From positions 162,417-226,416 of the forward strand of contig JAILXS010000003.1 of assembly GCA_050789425.1 (NCBI GenBank): a DNA stretch of 64,000 nucleotides. Direction: 5' to 3'. This DNA is from Neptuniibacter sp. Lineage in GTDB: Bacteria; Pseudomonadota; Gammaproteobacteria; Pseudomonadales; Balneatricaceae. The position numbers and the translations under genes are program-made. Shown in pieces: positions 1 through 8,417 of this stretch. The notes under the pieces were generated by a model. That model was given only the letters and a program-made list of their open reading frames with translations. It ran no database searches and was not told the origin of the DNA. Each line of letters starts with the position of its first letter. Within the stretch, counting starts at the first letter, position 1.

Positions 1-474
1 GAATTCCCCAACTGTATGTGCAAAACCAAGAATTGAACCTGTCAGGATGCCCGGTCGAATCAGGGGTAAAGCGATAGTGAAGAAAGAGTCTATGGGAGAG
101 GCTCTAAGTGTTGCCGCAACTCGAAGAGGATTTGTGCCTAAAGAATCAAACGCATTCCGTATTGGTTGGACAACAAATGGCATTGAGTAAAAGACAGAGC
201 CTATTACAAGGCCAGTAAAAGTAAATGGCAGTCGAAGGCCAAGTGTTGAATCTAACCATTGTCCAAAACCGCTGTTAGGGCTTAGTAAAATGAGCAGATA
301 AAAGCCCAGAACTGTCGGTGGCAAAACCAGAGGCAATGCAACCAGTGTGGCAATAACTTCGCTCCACCAGCTTTTGGAGCGGGATAGCCACCAAGATAGA
401 GGTATACCTACCAGGAGTAGGATAATAGTGGTTACTGTTGCCAGCTTAAGAGTAAGTAAAATGGCTTCAAGCAT
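1..474 (-). CDS. modB: Molybdate ABC transporter permease ModB, partial (C-terminus runs off the window)
   Basis: The minus-frame translation from the ATG at 474 reads [14 protein letters not shown]...[11 protein letters not shown]...GFAHTVGEF. It is multi-TM with a ModB/CysT-type permease signature. It lies 24 nt downstream of modA. Confidence 0.8.
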   Translation of the reverse strand, partial: MLEAILLTLKLATVTTIILLLVGIPLSWWLSRSKSWWSEVIATLVALPLVLPPTVLGFYLLILLSPNSGFGQWLDSTLGLRLPFTFTGLVIGSVFYSMPFVVQPIRNAFDSLGTNPLRVAATLRASPIDSFFTIALPLIRPGILTGSILGFAHTVGEF

Positions 475-498
475 CCTGCTCTCCTTAAGTGCCAGGCT

Positions 499-1236
499 CT
501 AAAGGTAATACCCATGGTTACGAATAATCGTTATTGTCTCCGGCGCTTTCAAAAAGCTCATGAATTCATGAGCAATGCTGTTGTCATGACCGCTACGCAA
601 CAGAACTGCATCTTGTTTAATGGGTTGATGAAGCTCTCTCGGAATGAGCCAGTAATTACGAGTATCTTTTCCAATAAGCTGTGAGAGGGAAACGAAGGCG
701 AAATTTACATTCCCGGTTTCAGCAAATTGAAATGTCTGAGCTATGTTTTCCCCGTATACAAATTTTGTTGCATTCTGTTCTGGTACTCCCAGATTTTCTA
801 AAACATTGAGTGTTGCCGAACCGTAAGGGGCTGTTCTGGGGTTGGCAATTGCCACGTTTTGTCTTAACAAAAGTTGAGGTAGCTGGCTTGACTCAAAGTC
901 AGTAAATCTGAGTTTTAAGCTGTAAAGTGCAACCCTGCCCTCTGCATAGGTAAAGCGAGTACCGCTTACACCGTTACCATCTTCAATTAGTTTCTTAGGG
1001 CGAGCTTCATCCGCGGCAAGAAAAATATGATAGGGAGCACCGTATAGAATCTGTGCATAAAGTTTACCTGTAGATCCGAAGCTTAAAACAACCTTGCTCT
1101 GGTGTTTCTTTTCAAATGCATACGCGATCTCTTTAGCTGCAGCAGTAAAGTTAGAAGCTACTGCGACATTGATCTTTTCAGCAAATAAAGGGGAGCAAAA
1201 CAGGTAAAGTACAACGAGCGTATAGAATCTTTTCAT
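499..1236 (-). CDS. modA: Periplasmic molybdate-binding protein ModA
   Basis: The ORF track gives 499..1248. I prefer the second ATG (MKRFYTLVVLYLFCSPLFA, a signal peptide). The mature part, INVAVASNFT...SFGSTGKLYAQI..GAPYHIFLAAD, is typical of ModA. Confidence 0.85.
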   Translation of the reverse strand: MKRFYTLVVLYLFCSPLFAEKINVAVASNFTAAAKEIAYAFEKKHQSKVVLSFGSTGKLYAQILYGAPYHIFLAADEARPKKLIEDGNGVSGTRFTYAEGRVALYSLKLRFTDFESSQLPQLLLRQNVAIANPRTAPYGSATLNVLENLGVPEQNATKFVYGENIAQTFQFAETGNVNFAFVSLSQLIGKDTRNYWLIPRELHQPIKQDAVLLRSGHDNSIAHEFMSFLKAPETITIIRNHGYYL

Positions 1237-1282
1237 GTTTAGTCTCATCCAGGTAAATAGAAATGAAGTTGTTACTTACTAC

Positions 1283-1298
1283 AGCAATTTCTGTACCT
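1283..1298 (-). promoter_or_regulatory. Candidate sigma54 -24/-12 promoter for modAB (AGGTAC-AGAAA-TTGCT on the minus strand)
   Basis: The GG-N10-GC spacing is correct and the element ends ~47 nt upstream of the modA ATG. The first consensus base is mismatched. Confidence 0.45.
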
Positions 1299-1360
1299 TC
1301 AAAAAATCTTTAGGTTTTTCAAATGGTTAAGATTATGAGTTGTGTGGAGGAATATGTAAT

Positions 1361-1376
1361 TGTCATGTTTGTTACA
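1361..1376. promoter_or_regulatory. NifA-type UAS (TGTCATGTTTGTTACA, TGT-N10-ACA)
   Basis: Exact TGT-N10-ACA about 65-80 bp upstream of the candidate modA sigma54 promoter. Confidence 0.4.
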
Positions 1377-1501
1377 AAGGCGTTTTAGTGTTGCTTAATG
1401 TCGTTTACTTTTGTGACTTAAAACTAGGGTAAAAGGCTAACCTTTTGTTTTTATTAGCGGCATGAATTTTGTAACAGGTAGAGATAAAAACGGAGGTTAA
1501 G

Positions 1502-2158
1502 ATGATTGCACAGTTTTATATGACACCCGGTTCCTGTTCTACAGGTATTCATATTCTACTTGAAGAACTGGAGTTGCCTTTTGAGGTCTATCTGGTTGAT
1601 CTGATTAAGGGGGATCAACTAAAAGAGAGTTATTTACAACTTAATCCGCGTGCCACCATTCCTATGTTTATCCCTGCAGGTGGCGAGCCGCTTACTGATT
1701 ATCTTTCTATATCCTGGTGGCTTGCTCGGCAGCATCCTATGTATAAGCTTCTCCCCGATGGGATTGAGAATGAAGTTAAAGCGCTGGAGATTATGAATTT
1801 TGCGGTGAGTGAGATACATGGCCGTGGATTTACCCGGATTTTTACTCCAGAAAAATACCTCAACGAAGAAGAGCAGATAGTTAACCAGCTTAAGCAACAA
1901 GGAATGGACATAGTGGTGAATGGATTCAGGCTGATTGAGCAAATGATTGATAAGGTGAGCGCAACTAGTGGGGAGGGTTTGATTTTTGAGAATCTGAGTG
2001 TGGCGGACACAGCTTTATTTTATGTTGAATTCTGGGCTGACCGAACTGGAATAGCCTTACCACTCCGCTGTGAAAAGCATTATCAGGTGATGTTAGAACG
2101 ACCTGTTGTACGTCAGGTTTTAAGTGAAGAAGGATACGGAAATTTGTTTTATCAATAA
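1502..2158 (+). CDS. Glutathione S-transferase family protein
   Basis: 218 aa. The N-terminal thioredoxin-like GST fold is recognisable (YMTPGSCSTGIHILLEELELPFE..LNP.ATIP). A GGAGG RBS precedes the ATG. Confidence 0.7.
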   Translation: MIAQFYMTPGSCSTGIHILLEELELPFEVYLVDLIKGDQLKESYLQLNPRATIPMFIPAGGEPLTDYLSISWWLARQHPMYKLLPDGIENEVKALEIMNFAVSEIHGRGFTRIFTPEKYLNEEEQIVNQLKQQGMDIVVNGFRLIEQMIDKVSATSGEGLIFENLSVADTALFYVEFWADRTGIALPLRCEKHYQVMLERPVVRQVLSEEGYGNLFYQ

Positions 2159-2496
2159 TCAAACAGCCCTTCTTGTCTGATTCTGGCTTTAAATGCTTTC
2201 ATGACGGGTCTCGAGATAACGGTTTCGGCAAGTACGCGCTGTTCATATGCCTCCAGTTTCAAACTTTCGTCCTGCGAGTTTCTGGTTCGGTCTATAAGCT
2301 GATGTACATCTTTGGGTAAAAGAGAATGCTTCTGGTATCGGACATGGTCATAAAGCGTGGCCATGACGATTTTTTCATCGGATGGCATTTTACATTTACC
2401 GTCTATGATTTTGAGCATAACCGCGATAGCACAGTCCACCTCTGTGGGTTTAAAATCATGTTCTGATACCCAGTGTTCAATGTGTTTGATGAGCAT
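2152..2496 (-). CDS. Hypothetical protein, 114 aa, co-operonic with a NifX-like protein
   Basis: An ORF with a 20-nt overlap on the upstream gene's stop. I recognise no family. Confidence 0.5.
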   Translation of the reverse strand: MLIKHIEHWVSEHDFKPTEVDCAIAVMLKIIDGKCKMPSDEKIVMATLYDHVRYQKHSLLPKDVHQLIDRTRNSQDESLKLEAYEQRVLAETVISRPVMKAFKARIRQEGLFDY

Positions 2497-2854
2497 GGGA
2501 ATAGCCTTTTATTCCTTTCTGAACGTAATCCAGAAGGGATTCCTCTATAGCTTCATAAGCATAATCACTGACCGATTGAACACCTATGTTTTTCAGCTTT
2601 TCTATTGGCCCATCGCCAATCTTTGCGACAAATACGGCTTTGCAATCATCAATGGTCTGAAGAATCATCTCCATAGCGGACTGGCTGCCTGTATTACCGT
2701 GACAATAGTGTTCTACTTCCCGACGGTGAAGAAACACGCATTGGTCATTAGTGACCTTGTAGATCAGGAAGGCTTTAGCATGGCCAAAGTGAAGATTGAT
2801 TGATATGGCATCTTTACTGGCAACGGCTAACAGAATGGACGAATAGTTCTGCAC
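2477..2854 (-). CDS. NifX/NifB-C-terminal type (dinitrogenase FeMo-cofactor binding) domain protein
   Basis: 125 aa with ILLAVASKD...HFGHAKAFLIY...AVFVAKIGDGPIEKL, typical of the Nitro_FeMo-Co fold. It has a GTG start with a GAGG RBS 7 nt upstream. Confidence 0.75.
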   Translation of the reverse strand: MQNYSSILLAVASKDAISINLHFGHAKAFLIYKVTNDQCVFLHRREVEHYCHGNTGSQSAMEMILQTIDDCKAVFVAKIGDGPIEKLKNIGVQSVSDYAYEAIEESLLDYVQKGIKGYSHAHQTH

Positions 2855-2948
2855 GATCTTTACCTCGACAGTTTATTTCTCTGAAACAGCTCTCTTGTAA
2901 GATTCAGTTCCGTTTCTTGTAGGTTGTTTGCGTATTAAATCTTAAGAT

Positions 2949-2964
2949 TGCAATTCCTATACCA
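2949..2964 (-). promoter_or_regulatory. Candidate sigma54 promoter (TGGTAT-AGGAA-TTGCA on the minus strand)
   Basis: Strong match to TGGCAC-N5-TTGCA, correctly oriented upstream of the 2854 GTG. Confidence 0.6.
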
Positions 2965-2974
2965 TCAAGAAAGT

Positions 2975-2990
2975 TGGCTTATTAATTGCT
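2975..2990 (+). promoter_or_regulatory. Candidate sigma54 promoter (TGGCTT-ATTAA-TTGCT)
   Basis: GG-N10-GC with flanking consensus bases, ending 34 nt before the hemerythrin ATG at 3024. Confidence 0.55.
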
Positions 2991-3023
2991 GAACCCTGTA
3001 AAAGTTTCTAACAGGTGTAGGTC

Positions 3024-3413
3024 ATGCAGCAGCTTAAGTCTCCAGCCCTTTATCTTTTAAATAATGCAGAGATCGATGAGGATCATCTCTCTTTTGTAGA
3101 AATCACCGAACAACTTAAACAGGCCGGTTCTGAAGAGTTTAAGAAACTTTTCAATACTCTCGTTGTTCATACTGAAAGGCATTTTTACAGAGAGGAACTT
3201 CTCATAGAGCAATTTAATTACCCCGGTAAAAATGAACATTGCGGTGAACATAATCGCGTGTTGGGGGAATTGAGGCAGTTAAATGAGCGGGTTCAGAAAG
3301 GCCGACTCGCCATGGCAAGATCCTATATAAATGAACGTGTTGAAGAGTGGTTGCATCAACATATAACCAATATGGATGCGGCATTGGTCAAGTATATAGA
3401 GGACCATTCATGA
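3024..3413 (+). CDS. Bacteriohemerythrin-like protein
   Basis: 129 aa with the di-iron ligand pattern: DEDHLSFVE, HTERHFYREE, HCGEHNRV, WLHQHITNMD. Confidence 0.75.
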   Translation: MQQLKSPALYLLNNAEIDEDHLSFVEITEQLKQAGSEEFKKLFNTLVVHTERHFYREELLIEQFNYPGKNEHCGEHNRVLGELRQLNERVQKGRLAMARSYINERVEEWLHQHITNMDAALVKYIEDHS

Positions 3414-3667
3414 GTGCCGTGTTACAGCATATCAAACAGCTGGAAGATGGCTTAAAAGCGCTGATCACTCTCAAGGAACAGCCAGTTGAAGGTAGTTGGA
3501 TTATGGAGGTTGAATTGAATTATCAATCACATTCAGTTGGTTCAACCAGCTTTACATTGAATGGCTATTCAGAAGAAGAGGCTCAGGCCTTAGTTAAAAG
3601 CTTGAATAAAAATCATTACATTATGAAAGAGATTGACCATTTTCTGTCGGGTGACTGGGGTGAATAG
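3410..3667 (+). CDS. Hypothetical protein, 85 aa, translationally coupled to the hemerythrin (ATGA overlap)
   Basis: The internal ATG of ORF 3347..3667 overlaps the hemerythrin stop. No family recognised. Confidence 0.5.
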   Translation: MSAVLQHIKQLEDGLKALITLKEQPVEGSWIMEVELNYQSHSVGSTSFTLNGYSEEEAQALVKSLNKNHYIMKEIDHFLSGDWGE

Positions 3668-3671
3668 TATT

Positions 3672-3687
3672 TGTCGCAAAGTTTACA
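3672..3687. promoter_or_regulatory. NifA-type UAS (TGTCGCAAAGTTTACA)
   Basis: Exact TGT-N10-ACA about 110 bp upstream of the sigma54 promoter at 3795. Confidence 0.65.
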
Positions 3688-3794
3688 TAACGGAAAAAAA
3701 AGGTAATGGAGTAAAACTGACAAAAAGTTCTGAATTTATTACATGAAGAGCTGAAATTTCCTGCCAGTTCTTTATAAATCAATGGATTAGATTT

Positions 3795-3810
3795 GGGTAT
3801 GCATATTGCA
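3795..3810 (+). promoter_or_regulatory. Sigma54 promoter (GGGTAT-GCATA-TTGCA)
   Basis: GG at 3796-3797 and GC at 3808-3809, canonical spacing, with TTGCA at -12. It ends 55 nt upstream of the ATG at 3865. Confidence 0.7.
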
Positions 3811-3864
3811 CTTAGCTAATAAAAACCCGCTTATGTGGTTAATTATGAACTCTGGAGTCTAATC

Positions 3865-4422
3865 ATGTTATTTGACACTTATAAAGAAAAAGGCCTGCTT
3901 TTTAACGTCAATTTTATCGAGCCAACTGATACTGAGCTGCAAGCCTACCGTGGAGAGCTGATTCTTATTGAAGGTGAAATTGGTGATGATAAAGGTCACG
4001 CAAAACCTCCAGTTGAAGTGATGCGTGGTGCGGTTATGTTGGCGGATGAAAAAATAAAAATGCTGGTAGGTGCTGTAGATACCATTGCATCAATTCCTGT
4101 ATTGGTTGAGAAGTATAAGGCTGATTTTGATGCGGGTATGTCTGCCCTGCTTTATGTGGTTGACCTGGAAGATTCAGTTATTACAGAAATTGAAGGTTAT
4201 AGTTTTACTTTGATTCCAATGTCACAAGGACTGCCATGGAACGAGACAATGGAAGAGCTGGCTATGGAAAAAAGTGATTTTAAAGGTCAGACGCCAGGTA
4301 ACAAGCTGGTAACCATGTATGAAGAGTTAAAGAGCTATAAACCTAAGTTTGAGACTGTAACGCTTGAGCAGGCTCTCTCTATGGCGACTGATACTGTTCG
4401 TGAAGGCTGGGGTGCAGTTTAA
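3865..4422 (+). CDS. Hypothetical protein, 185 aa, putatively NifA/sigma54-dependent and monocistronic
   Basis: The ATG at 3865 has a GGAG RBS (the ORF track starts at 3835). The protein is soluble and acidic. No family recognised. It is followed by a strong terminator. Confidence 0.7.
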   Translation: MLFDTYKEKGLLFNVNFIEPTDTELQAYRGELILIEGEIGDDKGHAKPPVEVMRGAVMLADEKIKMLVGAVDTIASIPVLVEKYKADFDAGMSALLYVVDLEDSVITEIEGYSFTLIPMSQGLPWNETMEELAMEKSDFKGQTPGNKLVTMYEELKSYKPKFETVTLEQALSMATDTVREGWGAV

Positions 4423-4476
4423 GCCTTTTCCTGGTAGGAACCTCACTCACTGACTACTGGGATAATAAGGCACCAT

Positions 4477-4512
4477 AAAGCCCGCTTTGTTGTAGCAAAG
4501 CGGGCTTTTTTT
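4477..4512 (+). terminator. Rho-independent terminator
   Basis: AAAGCCCGCTTTG-ttgtag-CAAAGCGGGCTTT followed by a T-run. Confidence 0.85.
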
Positions 4513-4587
4513 CTGGAGTATAAGGATGTGTTTGAAATATAGTTGCTGTCATTACCGATTAAATATTTCCTGCTGAACAATAATTCT

Positions 4588-4845
4588 ATGAGATGGCAAC
4601 TGGCTTTTTTTTCATTGCTTAGTCTGATTGTGATGACTGGGATCGACTATATGATTGGTCCTGCAGCCGAATTTTTAAATGCATACTCAGCTTTATTGCG
4701 TTTATTCAGTGGCGAACCTGAAATACCTGATTCATTAGTAGCGCAGCTAATAGGCGAGACGGGTGAGTTGCTGGTGGTTGTATTGATAAATATGTTAATC
4801 GGGGGCTTGCTGACAGTGCTTTACCGAATGCTGTACAGGCGTTAA
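4588..4845 (+). CDS. Possible small membrane protein (about 85 aa)
   Basis: Two hydrophobic segments (WQLAFFSLLSLIVMTGI, LLVVVLINMLIGGLLTVL). There is no clear RBS or promoter, so it may not be expressed. Confidence 0.3.
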   Translation: MRWQLAFFSLLSLIVMTGIDYMIGPAAEFLNAYSALLRLFSGEPEIPDSLVAQLIGETGELLVVVLINMLIGGLLTVLYRMLYRR

Positions 4846-4960
4846 TACCTGGCTTAAGCACGAAAACTTTGATCAGTATGAATGTCAGTGCGGGACTTGT
4901 TTTTCAGCTAGAGCTAGCCAAAGAGATTCTTACATTGGGGTGGTACAGAGAATAACCGCG

Positions 4961-5314
4961 TTATTCTAGCAACCAAGAGACCTTTCTGATGACTCGGCGG
5001 TATTCAATACCTTGATCATTAAGTCGGTGTCCATACTCGCGAAACTTTCCACTATTAAGAGTTTCAAGAGCGAAATGATGGATTTTTAGTAACACAAAGT
5101 GCTCAACCGGTATGGATAATTCGCGGATCTCGCTGACGACCTGTTCTGGTTTGTTCTGCATAGCTGAAATGGACTTTCTGATGGCGAGTAATGGGTTATA
5201 CGCATGTAAGGGTGGTCTTAACTCGCCACTGTTAAGCAGCTTTTCAGCACAGCATTCAAACTGTCTCAGTTCTGTAGGTGGAAATATATTCCAGACTAAG
5301 CGTCGAACGTTCAT
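4961..5314 (-). CDS. Hypothetical protein, 117 aa, last gene of the iscA-nifUS operon
   Basis: The ATG at 5314 lies 6 nt after the upstream stop. No family recognised. Confidence 0.5.
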   Translation of the reverse strand: MNVRRLVWNIFPPTELRQFECCAEKLLNSGELRPPLHAYNPLLAIRKSISAMQNKPEQVVSEIRELSIPVEHFVLLKIHHFALETLNSGKFREYGHRLNDQGIEYRRVIRKVSWLLE

Positions 5315-5319
5315 ATTCC

Positions 5320-5796
5320 CTATTCTTCCCACTCGTCTTCTGCGAAATTATCAAAACGATCAACAGACTGACAGGTTTTTTTATTGAGGATATTTTTTAA
5401 CCAGAATTCTTGCTTACCATTTAGTTGTTTCTGGATATCCTCAATCAGCTCGTCGACATCGGGGCCGCCTTTTACCTTAAAAGGTGTGATGCCCAGTGAT
5501 ATAAGCTGTTTAGTGGCAGAGCCACCTATAGAGCCGCAATAGACCACATCTGAACCGATCAGCCATTTTATTTTGGGTTTGAGTTTGTCTTCGTTACCGT
5601 CCTTTTTTTCGTAAGCAAAGGACTGTTCAGCGATTAGTTTTGCTTCATCACTATTAACGGAGTACACAAAGAAACCCTGGGATGAACCAAAATGCTGGTC
5701 AACCATATCCCCGTCCATGGAGGCAAAGGCAACGATCAAATCTTGAGGTGCGGTACTGACATCAGAAACGCATGAATATGAGTTGTTACTCATCAA
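5320..5796 (-). CDS. NifX/NafY-like FeMo-cofactor-binding domain protein, 158 aa
   Basis: IVAFASMDGDMVDQHFGSSQGFFVY...YCGSIGGSATKQLISLGITP, with the acidic tail DEWEE also seen in NifX at 10821. Confidence 0.75.
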   Translation of the reverse strand: MMSNNSYSCVSDVSTAPQDLIVAFASMDGDMVDQHFGSSQGFFVYSVNSDEAKLIAEQSFAYEKKDGNEDKLKPKIKWLIGSDVVYCGSIGGSATKQLISLGITPFKVKGGPDVDELIEDIQKQLNGKQEFWLKNILNKKTCQSVDRFDNFAEDEWEE

Positions 5797-5877
5797 TCAC
5801 AGCCTCCGTTTTTCTTCAGAAAGAGATATGCAGCTCAGGGGAGAAATCCTACCCCCTGGCTGCTACAGAAAATTCAA

Positions 5878-7086
5878 CTACGCATATACAGGAGCAAATG
5901 CTGCTTCTGGATTTTCAACTGGCCCGTTATCGCTCCAGTATGGGGACAGCTTGCGGAGTTTTGCTACGATCGGTGGGATCTCTTCAATTACTCGCTCAAC
6001 CTCTTCCATGGTGTTGTATCGGGAGAAAGAGAATCGTACTGTTCCGTGAGCAGCGGTATAAGGTATACCCATTGCACGCATTACATGTGAAGGCTCAAGC
6101 GAGCCTGAAGTACAAGCGGATCCACTTGAAGCTGCAATGCCGACTTTATTCATCAACAGTAAAATTGCCTCGCCTTCAATGTATTCGAAAGCAATGCTGG
6201 CTGTATTCGGCAAGCGGTTATCTGGATCGCCTGTTACAAAGCTGTGAGGAACAGCAGCAAGGATGCCCTCTTCAAGCCGATCACGCATCTCTTTTACGTG
6301 CGTGTTTTCAAATTCAATATTCTGCATGGCTAATTCGCAAGCTTTACCCAGGCCAATAATCGACGCGACGTTTTCAGTACCTGCACGGCGACCACGTTCC
6401 TGGTGACCGCCACGAAGAAGCGGACGGAAACGAGTACCCCGTTTTAAATAAAGAACCCCTACACCTTTAGGTGCGTGAAGCTTATGACCGGAAAGAGACA
6501 ATAGATGAATATTACTCTCTTTAAGATTTACGGGGATTTTGCCAACCGCTTGAACCGCATCGGTATGGAACATGACTCCGGCTTCCTGGGCCATATCAGC
6601 CATTTTTTCAACTGGGAACAGCGTACCACTTTCGTTGTTGGCCCACATCACACTAACTACCGCAACTTTATCGCTGAGGAGTTTTGCGTATTGATCAAGA
6701 TCAAGGCGGCCTTTGCTGTCCACTTCCAATTTATGGATAGTGTAACCCTCTGTTTCCAGATATTCGCACAGAGTTAGCACTGCAGGATGTTCAACAACCG
6801 TGGTAATGATCTCTTTACGTTCAGGCTGCGCTTTAAGTGCAGATAAAATAGCCGTGGAATCTGCTTCACTACCACAGGAAGTAAAGATGATTTCTGAATC
6901 GTGTTCTGCACCCAGTATAGACTGCACCTGTTGACGCGCCTTTTTGAGTGCGAAGCCAACTTTGTTACCAAAGCTATGCAGTGAGGATGGGTTGCCGAAC
7001 TGTTCGCTGAAGTAAGGAATCATCTCCTCAACAACGGCAGGATCTACCATTGTTGTTGCGTTATTATCAAGATAGATATCGCTCAT
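5878..7086 (-). CDS. nifS: Cysteine desulfurase NifS
   Basis: 402 aa with IYLDNNATT, the PLP lysine motif SLSGHKLHAPKG and the active-site SSGSACTSG. Confidence 0.95.
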   Translation of the reverse strand: MSDIYLDNNATTMVDPAVVEEMIPYFSEQFGNPSSLHSFGNKVGFALKKARQQVQSILGAEHDSEIIFTSCGSEADSTAILSALKAQPERKEIITTVVEHPAVLTLCEYLETEGYTIHKLEVDSKGRLDLDQYAKLLSDKVAVVSVMWANNESGTLFPVEKMADMAQEAGVMFHTDAVQAVGKIPVNLKESNIHLLSLSGHKLHAPKGVGVLYLKRGTRFRPLLRGGHQERGRRAGTENVASIIGLGKACELAMQNIEFENTHVKEMRDRLEEGILAAVPHSFVTGDPDNRLPNTASIAFEYIEGEAILLLMNKVGIAASSGSACTSGSLEPSHVMRAMGIPYTAAHGTVRFSFSRYNTMEEVERVIEEIPPIVAKLRKLSPYWSDNGPVENPEAAFAPVYA

Positions 7087-7088
7087 GA

Positions 7089-8000
7089 TTAACCTCCCAG
7101 TCCAACTAACTCATCTTTCTTTTCAACCTGTACCAGGCGTACAAATTCACCGAGAGCTTCGATCAGCTGTTGTTGAATTCCACCTAGTGTCATTGCTGCC
7201 ATCTGGCAGCCCATGCAAGCGCCTGTCAGTTTTACGTAGATATCTTTGCCTTCTACATCAATTAATTCACAGTCGCCGCCATCAGCTTTAAGTGCAGGTC
7301 TTACCTGCTCAATGACATCCATGATGACTCTGATACGTTTCAGGTCGGATAATTTTCCATCGTCTTCAGGCGCTTTTTCGGTCTTTTTCGCTGCTGCAGG
7401 AATGACACTTGCTGCTTCAAAAGTCTGGCCATTTTCAGCCATAACTTTAGTAAGGATGTTCTCAATTCCTTCATGGCATGCAGAGCAACCACCACCGGCT
7501 TTAGTGTAGTTTGTAACATCTTCTACAGTTGTCAGGTTATTAGCTCTGATGGTGTCTTCAATCATTACTTCATCAATTGCAAAACACTTACAAACCAAAG
7601 CACCTTCGTCATGATCGTCTGCCCATTCTTCACCTCGGTAATCAGCTATAGCAGCCTCTAAAGCTTCGCGGCCCATCACTGAGCAGTGCATTTTTTCCGG
7701 GGGTAAACCGTCGAGATAGTCAGCAATATCCTGGTTTGAAACTTTCAAGGCTTGATCAAGGGTCATTCCTTTAATGATTTCTGTAAGCGCTGAAGAAGAT
7801 GCGATGGCAGATCCGCAACCGAAAGTTTGAAACCCAGCATCCAGAATAATCTCAGTTTCTGGTTCAACCTTAAGGGTTAACCTCAATGCATCACCACAAC
7901 TTAATGAACCTACATCACCTGTTGCGTTTGCTTCTTCAATCGCACCGGCATTTTTAGGGTTGTAAAAATGTTCTTTAACCTTTTCAGAATAATCCCACAT
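7089..8000 (-). CDS. nifU: Fe-S cluster scaffold NifU
   Basis: 303 aa. It has the N-terminal IscU-like domain ([19 protein letters not shown]), a central 2Fe-2S domain ([12 protein letters not shown]) and a C-terminal Nfu domain (GACMGCQM). Confidence 0.95.
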   Translation of the reverse strand: MWDYSEKVKEHFYNPKNAGAIEEANATGDVGSLSCGDALRLTLKVEPETEIILDAGFQTFGCGSAIASSSALTEIIKGMTLDQALKVSNQDIADYLDGLPPEKMHCSVMGREALEAAIADYRGEEWADDHDEGALVCKCFAIDEVMIEDTIRANNLTTVEDVTNYTKAGGGCSACHEGIENILTKVMAENGQTFEAASVIPAAAKKTEKAPEDDGKLSDLKRIRVIMDVIEQVRPALKADGGDCELIDVEGKDIYVKLTGACMGCQMAAMTLGGIQQQLIEALGEFVRLVQVEKKDELVGLGG

Positions 8001-8038
8001 GATTAAATTCCTCTTTAATTCTGTTTACCGGCCAATGG

Positions 8039-8362
8039 TTAACCTGCGAAAGACTTACCACAGTTACAGCTTTCTGTGGCATTCGGGTTTTCAAACTTAA
8101 ACCCTGTACCTTCGAGTCCATCAAGAAAATCTACTGTGACGCCTTCAAGAAGTTCGACACTTTCGTTATCCACCAGGATCTTTACGCCATCACAGTCGTA
8201 AACCTGGTCTGTATCTGCACTGGTTTCTTCAAGTTTCATTCCATATTTGAAACCTGAACAGCCGCCACCATCTACACGGATACGTAAGCCAAAAATGGGT
8301 TTATCTGCTTGGTTGATAAACCGGGATACAGCATTTACTGCACTATCTGTTAACTGAATCAT
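8039..8362 (-). CDS. iscA: IscA-type A-type carrier (IscA-nif)
   Basis: 107 aa with GGGCSGFKY and a C-terminal CNCGKSF. Confidence 0.9.
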   Translation of the reverse strand: MIQLTDSAVNAVSRFINQADKPIFGLRIRVDGGGCSGFKYGMKLEETSADTDQVYDCDGVKILVDNESVELLEGVTVDFLDGLEGTGFKFENPNATESCNCGKSFAG

Positions 8363-8401
8363 TCCTATGCCCCCACTAAATGAGTGTTCTGAAATGGTTA
8401 G

Positions 8402-8417
8402 TGCAATCTGAGTGCCA
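8402..8417 (-). promoter_or_regulatory. Sigma54 promoter of iscA-nifUS (TGGCAC-TCAGA-TTGCA)
   Basis: Perfect consensus, ending 40 nt upstream of the iscA ATG. Confidence 0.85.

Noticed and set aside
1-6. The window begins with GAATTC (an EcoRI site).
   Set aside because: This could hint at a cloned-fragment boundary, but a single 6-mer at the window edge is not evidence of anything biological.
1237-1501. A possible Moco riboswitch or ModE operator upstream of modA.
   Set aside because: The region is AT-rich, with none of the conserved GC-rich Moco-motif helices or a CGTTATATA-type ModE box that I could recognise.
5772-6359. A 195-aa plus-strand ORF. Similar long antisense ORFs lie at 11533..11925, 12786..13076, 16876..17193, 47935..48510 and 49295..49684.
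   Set aside because: All lie antisense inside confidently identified genes (nifS, nifN, nifE, nifK, the Fe-S oxidoreductase and the ARH protein). They have low-complexity or odd composition and no RBS or promoter. They are most likely frame artefacts.
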